Shown: one piece after another, positions 1-11,044 of the stretch | How the letters are laid out: each line of letters begins with the position of its first letter | Position numbering within the stretch: position 1 is the stretch's first letter | Origin: Chiloscyllium plagiosum | Taxonomy: Eukaryota | Reading direction: 5' to 3' | DNA: 42,139 bases | Assembly: GCF_004010195.1 (NCBI RefSeq) | Contig: NC_057755.1 | Span: 10,847,497-10,889,635, forward strand | Translations under genes and position numbers: made by a program | The notes under the pieces: generated by a model | Database searches by the model: none | The model's input: only the letters and a program-made list of their open reading frames with translations | Told to the model about the DNA's origin: nothing

Positions 1-112
1 GCACACTGTATTCCAAATGTGGCTTCACCAAGGTCCTGTACAGTTCCAACATCACCTCTCATATCTTATAATCTCAGGTAATGACAACTCTAAACAGATC
101 GATTCGAAAATA

Positions 113-330
113 TAACAAAGAAATGAGGATGCTGAAGATCTGAAGCAAAAGCAGAAATTGGTAAAGAAACACAGGAGATCTGGCAGTCCTCGTGGATAGA
201 GAAAGCAGAGTTCATGTTTCACAGATTGTACAGATTGACTTCTGTAGAAGGTACACGAGATGTTGACTCTGCTTTCTCTCCACATTTGCTGCCAGACCTA
301 CAGAGTTTCTCCAGTAATTTATGTTTCTGA
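113..330. mobile_element. Palindromic (hairpin) Penelope-LTR-derived non-autonomous element, degenerate
   Basis: Arms 151-220 (CAGAAATTGG...AGAGAAAGCAGAGTTCATGTTTC) and 257-323 (GAGATGTTGACTCTGCTTTCTCTCC...CAGTAATTTATG) are imperfect reverse complements; copies near 24424, 27074 and 29891. Confidence 0.7.
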
Positions 331-818
331 TAACCAGGAGAGCTATCAGTGCTGTAAATACATTGACTCAGGCTGATGAGGTATCGGTGCACCGAGATGA
401 GGCGTGATTGTACTAAACACAATCATGCAAACTACAATCAGAGTGGATAAAATGGGGAGCTTGCCAAAAGCACAGCAGGTCAAGCAGCATCAGAGGAGCA
501 CGAGAGTTGAAATGTGGTCCTGACTGAAACATTGACCCTCCAGTTCCTCTGATGCTTCCTCACCTCTTGTGTTATATCCACTTTACTGAAAATGACTTTC
601 TAGCATCTGGAGTGCTCACTATCTCCAAACGACAATCCGACACCCTCTTGCACATGATACAATAAATCAAACACCGGAGTTAACTCAGGTCAATTGACGT
701 TCAGAAAATTAAATGATACGAGTGATGCGGTATCTGCATAAAGGTTTGTACGCAGTGTCAGTCCCACAGTAAAAACAGGGGCAGCATACTTACACAGTTT
801 CTGTGTAAACCCACGTAC

Positions 819-885
819 CTGGAACACCAATAACAGCCAGGATCACATAACATATTCTGTTGGCAACCCGAATTATTCCATGCAT
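819..885 (-). CDS. Exon 1 of a second GPR139-like GPCR copy (exon 2 would lie left of the window)
   Basis: Reads MHGIIRVANRICYVILAVIGVP+G followed by donor CAG|GTACGT; differs by 2 nt from 25129-25195. Confidence 0.85.
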
Positions 886-1170
886 TTTCCGAATGCACTA
901 CTCTACTTCGATGAACAATCTAACTAAATTCAGCTCCAGAGTTAATGAAGCCCATTATCTATACTCTCTGGGAATGTCCACAGGGATATGAGGATTGCAA
1001 CATTTTCAAAGAGTTCTATTTTACAATTTGGGAAAAACAAGTCTGTGTCAAAATACGGTTGCGATAGAATATGTTGTAATGGTGATACTGAGCTGTTAAA
1101 TAATAAAACTGGATAATTTACATGAATTAATGTTTTGTTGATGTTGTAGAAGTATACAATACGTTAGAAC

Positions 1171-1982
1171 TCATGGAATACTGGGAGAACTAGCCATTTG
1201 GATACAGAACTGGCTCAAAGGTAGAAGACAGAGGGTGGTGGTGGAGGGTTGTTTTTCAGACTGGAGGCCTGTGACCAGTAGAGTGCCACAAGGATCGGTG
1301 CTGGGCCCTCTATCATAATTCCATGAAAGTAGAGTCGCATGGTAATAGGATAGTGAAGAAGGCATTTGGTATGTTTTCCTTTCTCAGTCAGGGTATTGAG
1401 TACAAGAGTTGGGAGGGCATTGGCTAGGCCACTGTTGGAATATTGCATGCAATTCTGGTCTCCTTCCTATTGGAAAAATGCTGTGAAACTTGAAAGGTTT
1501 CAGAAAAGATTTACAAGGATGTTGCCAGGGTTGGTGGATATGAGCTACAGGGAGAGGCTGAACAGGCTGGGGCTGTTTTCACTGGAGTATCGAAGGCTGA
1601 GGGGTGACCTTATAGAGGTTTACAAAATTATGAGGGGCATAGATAGGATTAATAGGCAACGTCTTTTCCCTGGGGTGTCGGGAAGTCCAGAACTAGAGGG
1701 CATAGATTTAGGGTGAGAGGAGAAAGATATAAAAGAGACCTAAGGGGCAAATCTTTCACATAGAGGGTGGTACGTCTATGGAATGAGCTGCCAGAGAAAG
1801 TGGTTGACGCTGCTACAATTGCAACATTTAACAGGCATTTGGATGGGTATATGAATAGGAAGGGTTTGGAGAAATATGGGCTGGGTGCTGGCAGGTGTGA
1901 CTAGATTGGGTTGGGATATCCGATCGGCATGGACGGGTTGTACTGAAGGGTCTGTTTCCATGCTGTACATCTCTACGACTCT
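1171..1982 (+). mobile_element. CR1-type LINE 3' fragment with internal deletions
   Basis: RPLLEYCMQFWSP...RRLRGDLIEVYKIMRG C-terminal ORF2 motifs; 3' tail CTCTACGACTCTA. Confidence 0.92.
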
Positions 1983-2024
1983 AATTTAGAGTCACTTCAA
2001 ATCAGACATAACAGATAAGGCAGA

Positions 2025-2218
2025 GTTACCATAACCCCGCTCTCTCTTTAGAGAGAGGTTTCTGGTGGTGGTTTAACCTGAGGGACACCACACCTCAGGC
2101 AAGGGAAGACAGTGAGGAGAGTCCTTCGTAGTCATCTCAGTCATGCTGGGATTTTAACCTCTACAACTAGCAGTGCTCTGCACTACAAACCAGCTGTCCA
2201 ACCAACTAAACTAAACCA
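2025..2218 (-). mobile_element. tRNA-headed SINE (second copy at 2581-2758)
   Basis: Reverse complement of the family at 18325-18738 (shared GGTGGTTTAACCTGAGG...CACCACACCTCAGG core). Confidence 0.65.
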
Positions 2219-3135
2219 ATGGCCATGCACAGCACCTAATACAACAAGTTATCAAAATGTTTACTTGAGCATTTTCACTTTATTGACAGAAGTAAGTGCA
2301 GTGGAGCCAAATTTGCAGATGACAAACACAAACAGACCATAAGACATAGGAGCAGAAATTAGGCCATTCAGCCCATCAAGTCTGCTCCGCCATTCAATCA
2401 TGGGTCATAAGTTTCGTAACCCTCTTCTCTTGCTTTCTCCACATACCCCTTGATCCCCTTGAACCTATCCACCTCAATCTTAAATATACTCAATACCTGG
2501 ACTCCACAGCCTTCTGTGGTAATGAATTCCATAGATTCTCCACTTTCAGGCTGAAGTTTCCCCTTATATTCGTTCTAAGCTCTCTCTTTGGAGAGAGGTT
2601 TCTGGTGGTGGTTTAACCTGAGGGACACCACACCTCAGGCAAGGGAAGACAGTGAGGAGAGTCCTTCGTAGTCACCTCAGCCAGGCTGGGATTTAAACCT
2701 CTACAACTAGCAGTGCTCTGCACTACAAACCAGCTGTCCAACCAACTAAACTAAACCACTGGCCATGCACAGCACCTAATACAACAAGTTATCAAAATGT
2801 TCACTTGAGCATTTTCACTTTATTGACAGAAGTAAGTGCAGTGGAGCCAAATTTGCAGATGACAAACACAAACAGACCATAAGACATAGAAGCAGAAATT
2901 AGGCCATTCAGCCCATCAAGTCTGCTCCGCCATTCAATCATGGGTCATACGTTTCGTAACCCCCTTCTCTTGCTTTCTCCCCATACCCCTTGATCTCCTT
3001 GATACTCAAGAACCTATCTATCGCAATCTTAAATATACTCAATACCTGGCCTCCACAGCCTTCTGTGGTAATGCATTCCATAGATTCGCCATTGTCAGGC
3101 TGAAGTTTCTCCTTATCTCCTTGTCTTCGTTCTAA
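2041..3135. repeat. Direct tandem duplication of about 540 bp
   Basis: 2041-2580 is repeated from 2581 with scattered substitutions and small indels. Confidence 0.9.
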
Positions 3136-3570
3136 AATGTCTTCTCTTTACTCTATGGCCTCGGGCCCTAGTCTCTGCTACCAATGGAAACATCTTCCCA
3201 ACATCCACTCTGTCCAGGCCATTCAGTATTCTGTATGTTTCAGTTAGAACCTGCTCCGCGCCCCCCCCCCCACCCCCCATCCTTCTAAACTTCATTGAGT
3301 ATATGCCGAGAATCCTCGAACTTTCCTCATATGTTAATGCATTTTTCATTCCTGGGACTATTCTCTCCTCTGAATGCACTCTCGGGCCAGTACATCCTAC
3401 CTGAGATAGTGGGACCAAAACTACACACGATACTCCAAATGTGGTCTGACCAGAGCCTCATTGAGCCTCAGAAGTACATTCCTGCTTTTATATTCAAGTT
3501 CTCTCAAAATCAATGCCATCAATGCATTTGCCATCGGAACTAGTGTCTCAACCTGCAGGCTTACCTTGAG
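2875..3570 (-). mobile_element. CR1/L2-clade LINE 3' fragment
   Basis: LEYKSRNVLLRLNEALVRPHLEYRV and ETYRILNGLDRVDVGKMFPLV; 3' tail near 2875-2930. Confidence 0.85.
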
Positions 3571-3574
3571 AGAC

Positions 3575-3993
3575 AAAGGTAGAAAAGCAGGTTGTGAGAG
3601 GCATTTATGGAGCAATATCGATCAGTTAAATGAGTGGGCAGATAGTAGGCAAATGGAATAAAAAGTGGGAAAATGTCAACGTCATTTTGGAAGGGAGAAT
3701 AAAAGGAAAGTATTACTTTAACGGAGAAAAGCAACAGTAAGACACAACACAAAGGGTCTTGGGTTGACCTGCGCGTGACACACAGAAAGCAAACACGCAG
3801 CAATAGCAGGTAATCAGGAACGGGGCTAATGGACTGTTAGTCCTTATTTCAAAAGAGGTTGGAGCATGAGTAGGGAAGTCTTCCTGGGGAGACTGCATCT
3901 GGAGCTCTGTGAGCTGTTTTGGCCACTTATTTAAGGAAAGATATGATTTAATTGTAGGCAGTTCAGAGAAGGTTCATGAGGAAGATCCCTGGT
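3575..3993 (+). mobile_element. Degenerate CR1-clade LINE RT fragment
   Basis: NIDQLNEWADSRQME motif and degenerate downstream ORF2 sequence. Confidence 0.7.
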
Positions 3994-4345
3994 ATAGAAT
4001 ATAGAACATAGAAAAGTACAGCACAGAACATGCCCTCTGGCCCACGATGTTGTGCCGAAGTTTAATCCTAATGTAAAATATAGTAACTTAACCTATGCAC
4101 CGCTCAACTCACTGCTATCCATGTGCATGTCCAGCAGTCGCTTAAATGTCCCCAATGACTCTGCTTCCACCACCTTTTAAAGGGCTTTAAAAGGGAAAAA
4201 AAAACCTACCCAGCTGCCCCTCTGGTCTTCGTCACTTCCCCCTGCTGTTCCCGAGCTTTCTGTGAAGAGAAAAAAAAACACCGCTGCCCGCTACCAGTAA
4301 GTAATTTTAAAACAAACTGTCTTACCTTCGCTTCTGCTCACACTC
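3994..4345 (-). mobile_element. CR1 LINE 3' end (3994-4152) abutting a probable LINE 5' UTR (4153-4345)
   Basis: TAGAATATAGAACATAGAA tail; matches 32778-32953 up to 4152, then switches abruptly to unrelated sequence. Confidence 0.6.
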
Positions 4346-4789
4346 AAAGTGACCGTTGGCGTCGAAGGGTCGAAATATTCTGCATCTGGGAGATTTATAT
4401 CCGAAATTTCTTCTGTGATGGAGTTGTCTCTATTTTTGTCACTTGTTAATACATCTTTTTTAAAAAAAAAACAAGTCTCACAACTTCACTTAAATAGTCT
4501 ATTTTTTTCTATTCTTTTTCATAAATACATTGCTTGCTGACTCATTATTACCATTAAACTCTGCAACACTTGACCTTCATGCAAATCCTTACACTACTGT
4601 ATTGCATCATTTTACCCTTTAGATGTCTAAATTTTCACACAACTAAATTTTTACCCATCTTTCTGTTCCTCGGGTTGCAATCTGTTAGTCTTTATCGTTC
4701 CTTTTGCTTTAATTTGAACTTTGAAATCTCAGATTCTTTCAGTAGGATGTAATACCTAGTTCTGCTTGTCTAGGTGACACTGCAGGCAG

Positions 4790-5175
4790 TGGAGAGGAGG
4801 CCTCATTGTGAGCAGCCAGCACAATAGATCACATTGAGTGTAGTGCAGATAAATCACTGTTTCACCTGGGAGGTGTGTGTCTGGAGCCTTGGATAGTGAG
4901 GACAGAAGAAGGAAACAGGTGGGTGTTACACCTTTTGTGATCGCAAGGGAATGTGCCGTGTGGGTGGGAATGGGGGAGTGGACCAAGGTGTCCCGAAGGG
5001 AATGGTCACTGTGGAAAGCTGACAGGGGAGGGGAAGAGAAAATGTATCTGGCATGGCATTCAAGTAGAAGTGGTGGACATAGCAGCTAATGATCCTATAG
5101 ATGTAGAGGCAGGTGGGACAGGAAGCGAGAACCAAGGGGACCCATCCTTGTTGTGGGAGGGAAGTGAAGGGATGG
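4790..5175 (-). mobile_element. Penelope-like element fragment (linker and start of GIY-YIG endonuclease), degraded
   Basis: Minus-strand translation gives LSAFHSDHSLRDTLVHS...GTFPCDHKRC...QVKQ*FICTTLNVIYCAGCSQ*GLL. Confidence 0.75.
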
Positions 5176-6541
5176 GGAGGGGTGATAGACTACATTCTTG
5201 GATCTGTCTATCCCCTTCTGGAGAAAAACTATAACATAGAAAAAAAAATGCATATCTACCTTTACTGAATATCTAATTGCACTGAAATAAGATTTACTTC
5301 AGAATCTATGAGCTGAAAGCACTTTGTACTTCAGCTCTCTGTGCAGTTGTTAATACTTCCTGCTTGATAGAATTTACACCTGCTGATTAGCTTCCTCACG
5401 CAGTTAGTTAGATTTATCTGAGTGATTATTCTATGTTCATTGTGAGATCTCAGAATCTGAACCAACCTGCCATTGCTTTAAACGTTTAAAATGCTAAAAT
5501 AGATTTTAAGTCTTGATGTGAGATCTGTTCTCCGGAGAGATCCCCCTTTCACTATATTCCTGACTTGGCACTCAGTTAAGTAAAGTACCCTGTTCTCAAA
5601 GCACTATCCTTCTGAGCTCTGTGTGATGGCAAATGCTGTTTTGAGACAAGATAAAAAAATTTGGAGAAGGTTGTTTGATTTTGGAACTTCCTGCATCAGA
5701 CAATGGTTAACGCAGGTTCATTGAATAATGCTGATGGTAGATTCCAATTTGATAAGGCATTGAAGGTCATCTGGAGTAGACAGCAATGTGGAACATAAAC
5801 AAATCAAACATGATTTTATTGAATAATGAAGCATGATCTACTTCAGCTTTTAATTTGGATTTTAAAATCAGTCATTTCATTATTTTCCAAGATATATTCC
5901 CCTGACACACTGCTGAAAATCAGATATTGGCCATTTGTTCCTTTTTGTTCAAAAGTGTCTGTAGAAATGCTTGCTATCTGTTGTTATATTTTCAGTGATA
6001 TGTTTCTCTGTACTCAAGTTCCCCTTCCTTCTACATAATTTTGTCTATCCAACTTTTTATTTACTATCTATTCTTCCATTATGCCTACTCTTTTTTCATT
6101 CTTCCCATTTCTTTAATCCATGTTTTCAAAGTTTCACTTCCTCAGTTAACTTTAATGTAGTTCCCTTGCAACCTTTTTGATCTCAATAAAATGTACTTCT
6201 GCTGAGCATTCAGAAATATCTTCTTCAATGTCAGACACTGCCTCTACTAACTTGACACAAAACCTGATTTCCAAATTCTCTTTGTTCTTCGCCCTCACAA
6301 TCGCCCCAATAAAGCTGAAATCACCATCCTTAGATCCACTCAACTCCCCATCAAACCTAATGCAAAACCTTGTTGTGATCACTGTTACCTAAGGCTGACT
6401 ACAAGATCATGTCATGAACAATCCTGTGTTTTTGTATAATTGCAGGTCTGCTATTGTCTGCTTTCTTGTAAACTCTAGATATCGAACTCCTTGAAAATGT
6501 TCCCGAAACATGCCAGAAACGATCATCTAAACTATTTCAAA

Positions 6542-6701
6542 ATACATGGGAATATCGCCATCGAAACTGGAATCATGCTGATTTTGTTGAGCTTCAGAAT
6601 CTGTGAGCTGAAAGCTCACATTTATTTCTGCTGCAACACAGGGTAAGTTCAGAGAGGAGCTGAAGATGGTGCTGAAATCTCAGTGGTTACTGATTTTATG
6701 A
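6542..6701 (+). pseudogene. Remnant of a GPR139-like GPCR (TM7 and helix 8)
   Basis: IHGNIAIETGIMLILLSF, frameshift, then TFISAATQGKFREELKMVLKSQWLLIL*; aligns by eye with EHVGVMLVNLSCCTNAFIYGVTQSKFRQQIK of the intact gene. Confidence 0.75.
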
Positions 6702-7737
6702 ATCATTTAAAGCCAAAACAAACGCAAAGTAGTCTCTGTTGGAATACTGAATCTCAGTTTTGGTTCAATTACTCATTTGGACTTGAGCATAATTGTCTTT
6801 AACCTGTATGAGAAATGGGGAAGGGTGTTGTTTTATGCAGATGTAGCAAAAAGGGCAGTGATAATAAGCTTAAGCACAGCGATGACAAACAAGTATTGAG
6901 AGCAGCTGCAGGCAAAGATCAGATTAGCAAACTTCGGGAAAAACAAGTATTTGCGGGCAGAAAAGCAGAACAACAGAAAATACAAGCACAGCAAGTGTTA
7001 ATATAGTTACAAAACGGTTGCAGCTAACGGCCCAAAGAGAGAGAAGGAGTTGTAGAAAAATAAAAATCAGGGAAACACAGCTTGATAACACCAGTTTGTA
7101 CATAGACCCCACGATTTGTTTTCTGTTGATTCCTTCCAACTCTTTTCTGATGATGCAAGGTTGTAGTACACCAACTCTCAGTCTTTCATTCATCAGTTGA
7201 GAATTTGCCCTTCAGTGTTTCCCAAGGTGGTTTTCCCTTTTCCCTTTGAAAAAGCATTTTGCAGAGAGAGCAGCTGAAAAGTGAAGGAGAGTAACTCACT
7301 GTTAGCGATTTTCTTTTGCTTCTGAACATGAAGAGAAAAAGAGATGGATGTTTTCTCTTTGCAGGCTAGACATTACTGCTGTATTGTGTACATACAAAGC
7401 TGTAGCCACCTGCCTCGAAACCAGTCAAATAATTATTATTATCCTGAGCTCTCCTGATCCCACAATAACCAGTGCCAATTGAAAAGTGAGTCAAGAGATT
7501 GTCTCCAGACAGAACTGCTCTGAACACCTACAGAGAGTGCTGATCTGTTTGGAATTCTTCCTTACTGTTTGAATAGGGCAATGTTGTTTATAAAGTACTC
7601 TCAATGTGTTCCAGCAAATTTGTTTTTAAAACTTTAAACAACATCTTACGCAGTTTAAAGAAGTATCTTTTCCATTTTTGGTTCATAGTCTAAAAATGTT
7701 GTCTCTTAACAACTATTAGCCCAGCAACCGAATTGTC

Positions 7738-7763
7738 TATATATATATATATATATATATTAT
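7738..7763. repeat. (TA)n microsatellite
   Basis: Direct reading. Confidence 0.95.
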
Positions 7764-8739
7764 ACATGCCAGGAACTGAACTAAGATGTACTTAATTGTT
7801 CAGTACTACATTACTTGCATATAGTTCTTACGCTATGGGGGCGATCATATATATATTGACCTGCCCAGCTCAAAAATTGTTGGAGTCAAAATTCCACAAC
7901 ATGATGGCAGATGAGGTGCAGGATACAAATATATACAGTAAAGTCCAGTTGATTTGCTAATAAACACTTGAGGGTATCAGATTCAAATCTTGTTTTCTGA
8001 AGCCAGGACGCTAAGTTTTCATTTTCAAGTCAGGACCATTTCTGCATTTGACTCCATTCCACAGTGGCAACTGATGGCTAGGATTGCCAATGTGATTAAA
8101 TATATTGCTGGAGGTTTTGCAGCGCTTGCTTCCAATTTCCAATGACTAATTGGCAAACAGATTCTTCCTTGTGATGCAGTTCCTTTCTGCACCAATTAGA
8201 AAGCAAAATGACCTCTTAACCAATTGGATATTGCCTATCAGCCAAAGAGCTATTTTCTACCCATTTTCAATACTTTATTTGTAAAGACTAATGTTTGAAG
8301 AAAATGCAAAACGTAACAGCTTTTTCTCAGTGGCTCTATGGGTTTTCTCTTGGGTTGTGTACGACAAGTCCTTTAGATTCCAGGTCAGTTCTGGAGAATT
8401 GGCAACCTCCCTGTCAGTTAACACAGTTTGACCTGTGCCCTGATGACCATGTAGTATAGTTGATAACTCCCTGAGGGGTTTTAGCAATGGAATTAAATTG
8501 TATACCTTTTGTGCCTTTGTGTTCTGATCAGGACTAAACATGCTGTAATCTGCTGCCTTCTCGAGCAGTGATCCATTATGCTATGATGGGTCGCCATTTG
8601 CCAAGTGCTAGTCAGGTCCACTTTACACATTTTGAAAGTTATAAGAGGCGAAGAAGTTTAAGGACACTGGCACTTTAGTGGTGGGTCTCCATAAATGCAA
8701 AGAGTTTTATCACCTGTCATACCTAGAACAAAAGAGAAT

Positions 8740-9620
8740 GGTTGAGTTTTTAGAAGCTAGTCATTACAGACACAGGACATATCTGCAGGAGTTCCTCAAT
8801 GTAGTTTCCTCCACCCAACCATCTTCAGTTGCTTTATCTATCATAAGGTCAGAAGGTGATGGTTGCACCATACTCCTCAGCTTCTGAAACAGTCTATGCT
8901 AATATGCATTAAAACCTAAGTGATAATCAGGCTTGGGATTTGGCCATCTACAACAAGCGAGCATCTGACCATCTCCTTGACATTCAGTGTGATTACCATA
9001 ATTGAATTTCTTAATATCAGTGCATTGGGGATTACCATTGACCACAAACTGAACCAGTCCAGCCATACTGTGGCTACCACACCAGGTGAAAAGCTAGGAA
9101 TCCTGAAGTGACTCACCTCATGAGTCTCTAGAGCCTGTCTATCATCTACAAGACATGTCATTAGTGTTTTGGAATACCTGCTTCAATGAGTTAAGCTCTG
9201 ATATCATTTAAGAAGTTCAACACCATTCAGGAGAAAGCAGTCTGCTTAATCAGCACCCATCCACCAACATAAACATACACTTCCTCCACTACTGATGCAG
9301 AAATATGTATCACCCACAAGAGGCTGAAATTCATTGTGATGCCTTCAACAGCATCTTCCAAACCTTTACCATTAGGAAGGATAAAAGCAGCAAACATTTG
9401 GGAACAACACCACCTGCAAATTTCTCCTGTGCATTTCCATCCAAACCACATATTGTCCCGATTTGGAACAAAACTCTGCTTCTTCGGAGTCCTGGGATCA
9501 AGATCCTGGAATTCTCTGTCCAGCAGCAGTGAGTCTGTAACTACACCAGAAGGACTGCTGGAGTTCAAAAGGGTGAATCACCACTGATTTCTCTAGGGCA
9601 ATAAATGTTGGCCTTGAAAG
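8740..9620 (+). mobile_element. Old L2/CR1-clade LINE 3' fragment
   Basis: Degenerate GVPQ..LxPTIFSCFI at about 8788, LGITIDHKLN motif, 3' end GGGCAATAAATGTTGGCC; same family on the minus strand at 10195-10283 and 36890-37070. Confidence 0.75.
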
Positions 9621-10302
9621 CTTTGTCCAAATCCTTTGAAAGATATGTATATCCTCCAATGGCATATCTGCTTTTCAGGAACTTTGTTCGCTGTTGTAAA
9701 CCCCATGGTGAAAGTATTGGCATTATCCTCTCCCTACCTCTTGTGCATCAACTGCGTGGGCTTCAGGGCCAATATGTATATCAGGTTTTGGAATATCTGC
9801 TTAGTAGTGTTTCTCATCTCCAACTTCTAAATCAACCAAATGTTCAGTTATGATCTTCCTTGCATATTTGTCAAATGCACTGCATTTGGTGAAATGGAGC
9901 CATCTCTCTGTCCCATTAACTGCAGAATGTTGGATTCTTGTGGTTTGACCAACACCTAAAGATCAAACTCCTTTCTGCGATTTCAACATATTCAAAGGGC
10001 ACTGTGTACTACAGTTTAAAAAGCTCTCTGATCCTTTCCCTATTTATGTAGTGCTGCTAAATTCACCCATCTTCATGACTGGCTACCCTCTTTGATGGGG
10101 GTTTGTCCCTTTGTTTTCCTTGCTGTACCCCTCCAAAACTGTTTTCTGTCCTTAACAGACTGTTGTCCAAGGATACGTTTGAGATCTTCCACATTTTTTT
10201 ATATTCACTCGTGGGACATATGCATCGCTGGCTGGCCAGCATTTATTGCCCTTCCCTAGTTTTCCTTGAGAAGGTGGTGGTGAAAATAATGACTGCAGAT
10301 GA

Positions 10303-10811
10303 TGTGGTGTAAAATTATGTCCCAATACATGTGTGAATCATTATGCAACACATGTATTGGGCCAAGCAGTGGAATGTGGTGAAAGGGTTAAAATTGTGTC
10401 CCAATACATGTGTGAATCTAACTGAAAATGGAAGGTGTCGCTTAGTCCCGTGTGAATCTTATTATACACGTTCCCGTGTGAATCTTCTTATCTGTATGTA
10501 ACCAGAATGGAATGTGTTTTTTAGCCTTGCTCTGCTGTTCACATGAATGTTTATATCTCGAAAAGAGTATATCAGCTGGAAAAGTCTCCAGTTCGGTAGA
10601 GTCTGCTCCGGGGTTGCGTTTAACCGCCGAGCGTGGGTTGTTGGCAACCGCTCTACGAGAACTGACGGCTCCCAGTTCCGGTAACACGTAGAGTGAGTAT
10701 AAACCAGACCCGTTGTAAGTACGAGACCTGGTTGTGGCGACGCTGCGGGGAATAAAACACTTATATTCTAGCAGACTCGCCTCTTGGCTGTTTGTTCTGT
10801 GTCAGACTACT
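10303..10811 (+). mobile_element. Probable solo LTR
   Basis: Begins TGTGGT and ends ACTACT (imperfect TG...CA termini); internal U3-like repeats, CpG-rich, TATAAA at 10698, AATAAA at 10751; no clear TSD. Confidence 0.55.
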
Positions 10812-11044
10812 TTCCTGCGAGCCTGGTCCTTGACCTTGAGAATTTTTTTAAAACAACCTTGCACTCCAGTTTTTAGCCAAGTCAAGCGTATAACTGGCCT
10901 CAATCCTGCAGCCATTCTGCCTCAATCACTCTAGCCTTGGCTGAATGAATCTCCTATTCCTCTCACATTCGGATCAGACAGAATTCCGCAGTCCAGCTTC
11001 ACCAGAGATGAGCATATGTCCCTCATTTTCCACCTCTCCCTGAA

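Larger units (their letters stand above)
1..4152. repeat. Segmental duplication copy (GPCR intron end, exon 1 and upstream region)
   Basis: Near-identical to 24312-25620, 26961-27328 and 29780-32953, including the same embedded LINE/SINE fragments in the same order. Confidence 0.95.

Noticed and set aside
52..422. Short ORFs conserved in four places
   Set aside because: Conservation reflects recent duplication of transposon-derived sequence
6805..7915. Possible long LTR with primer-binding site near 7902
   Set aside because: Termini and PBS are only suggestive; no TSD or recognisable internal domain
9620..10190. Possible retroelement remnant or downstream exon of the X-box gene
   Set aside because: No recognisable motif or convincing splice-bounded frame
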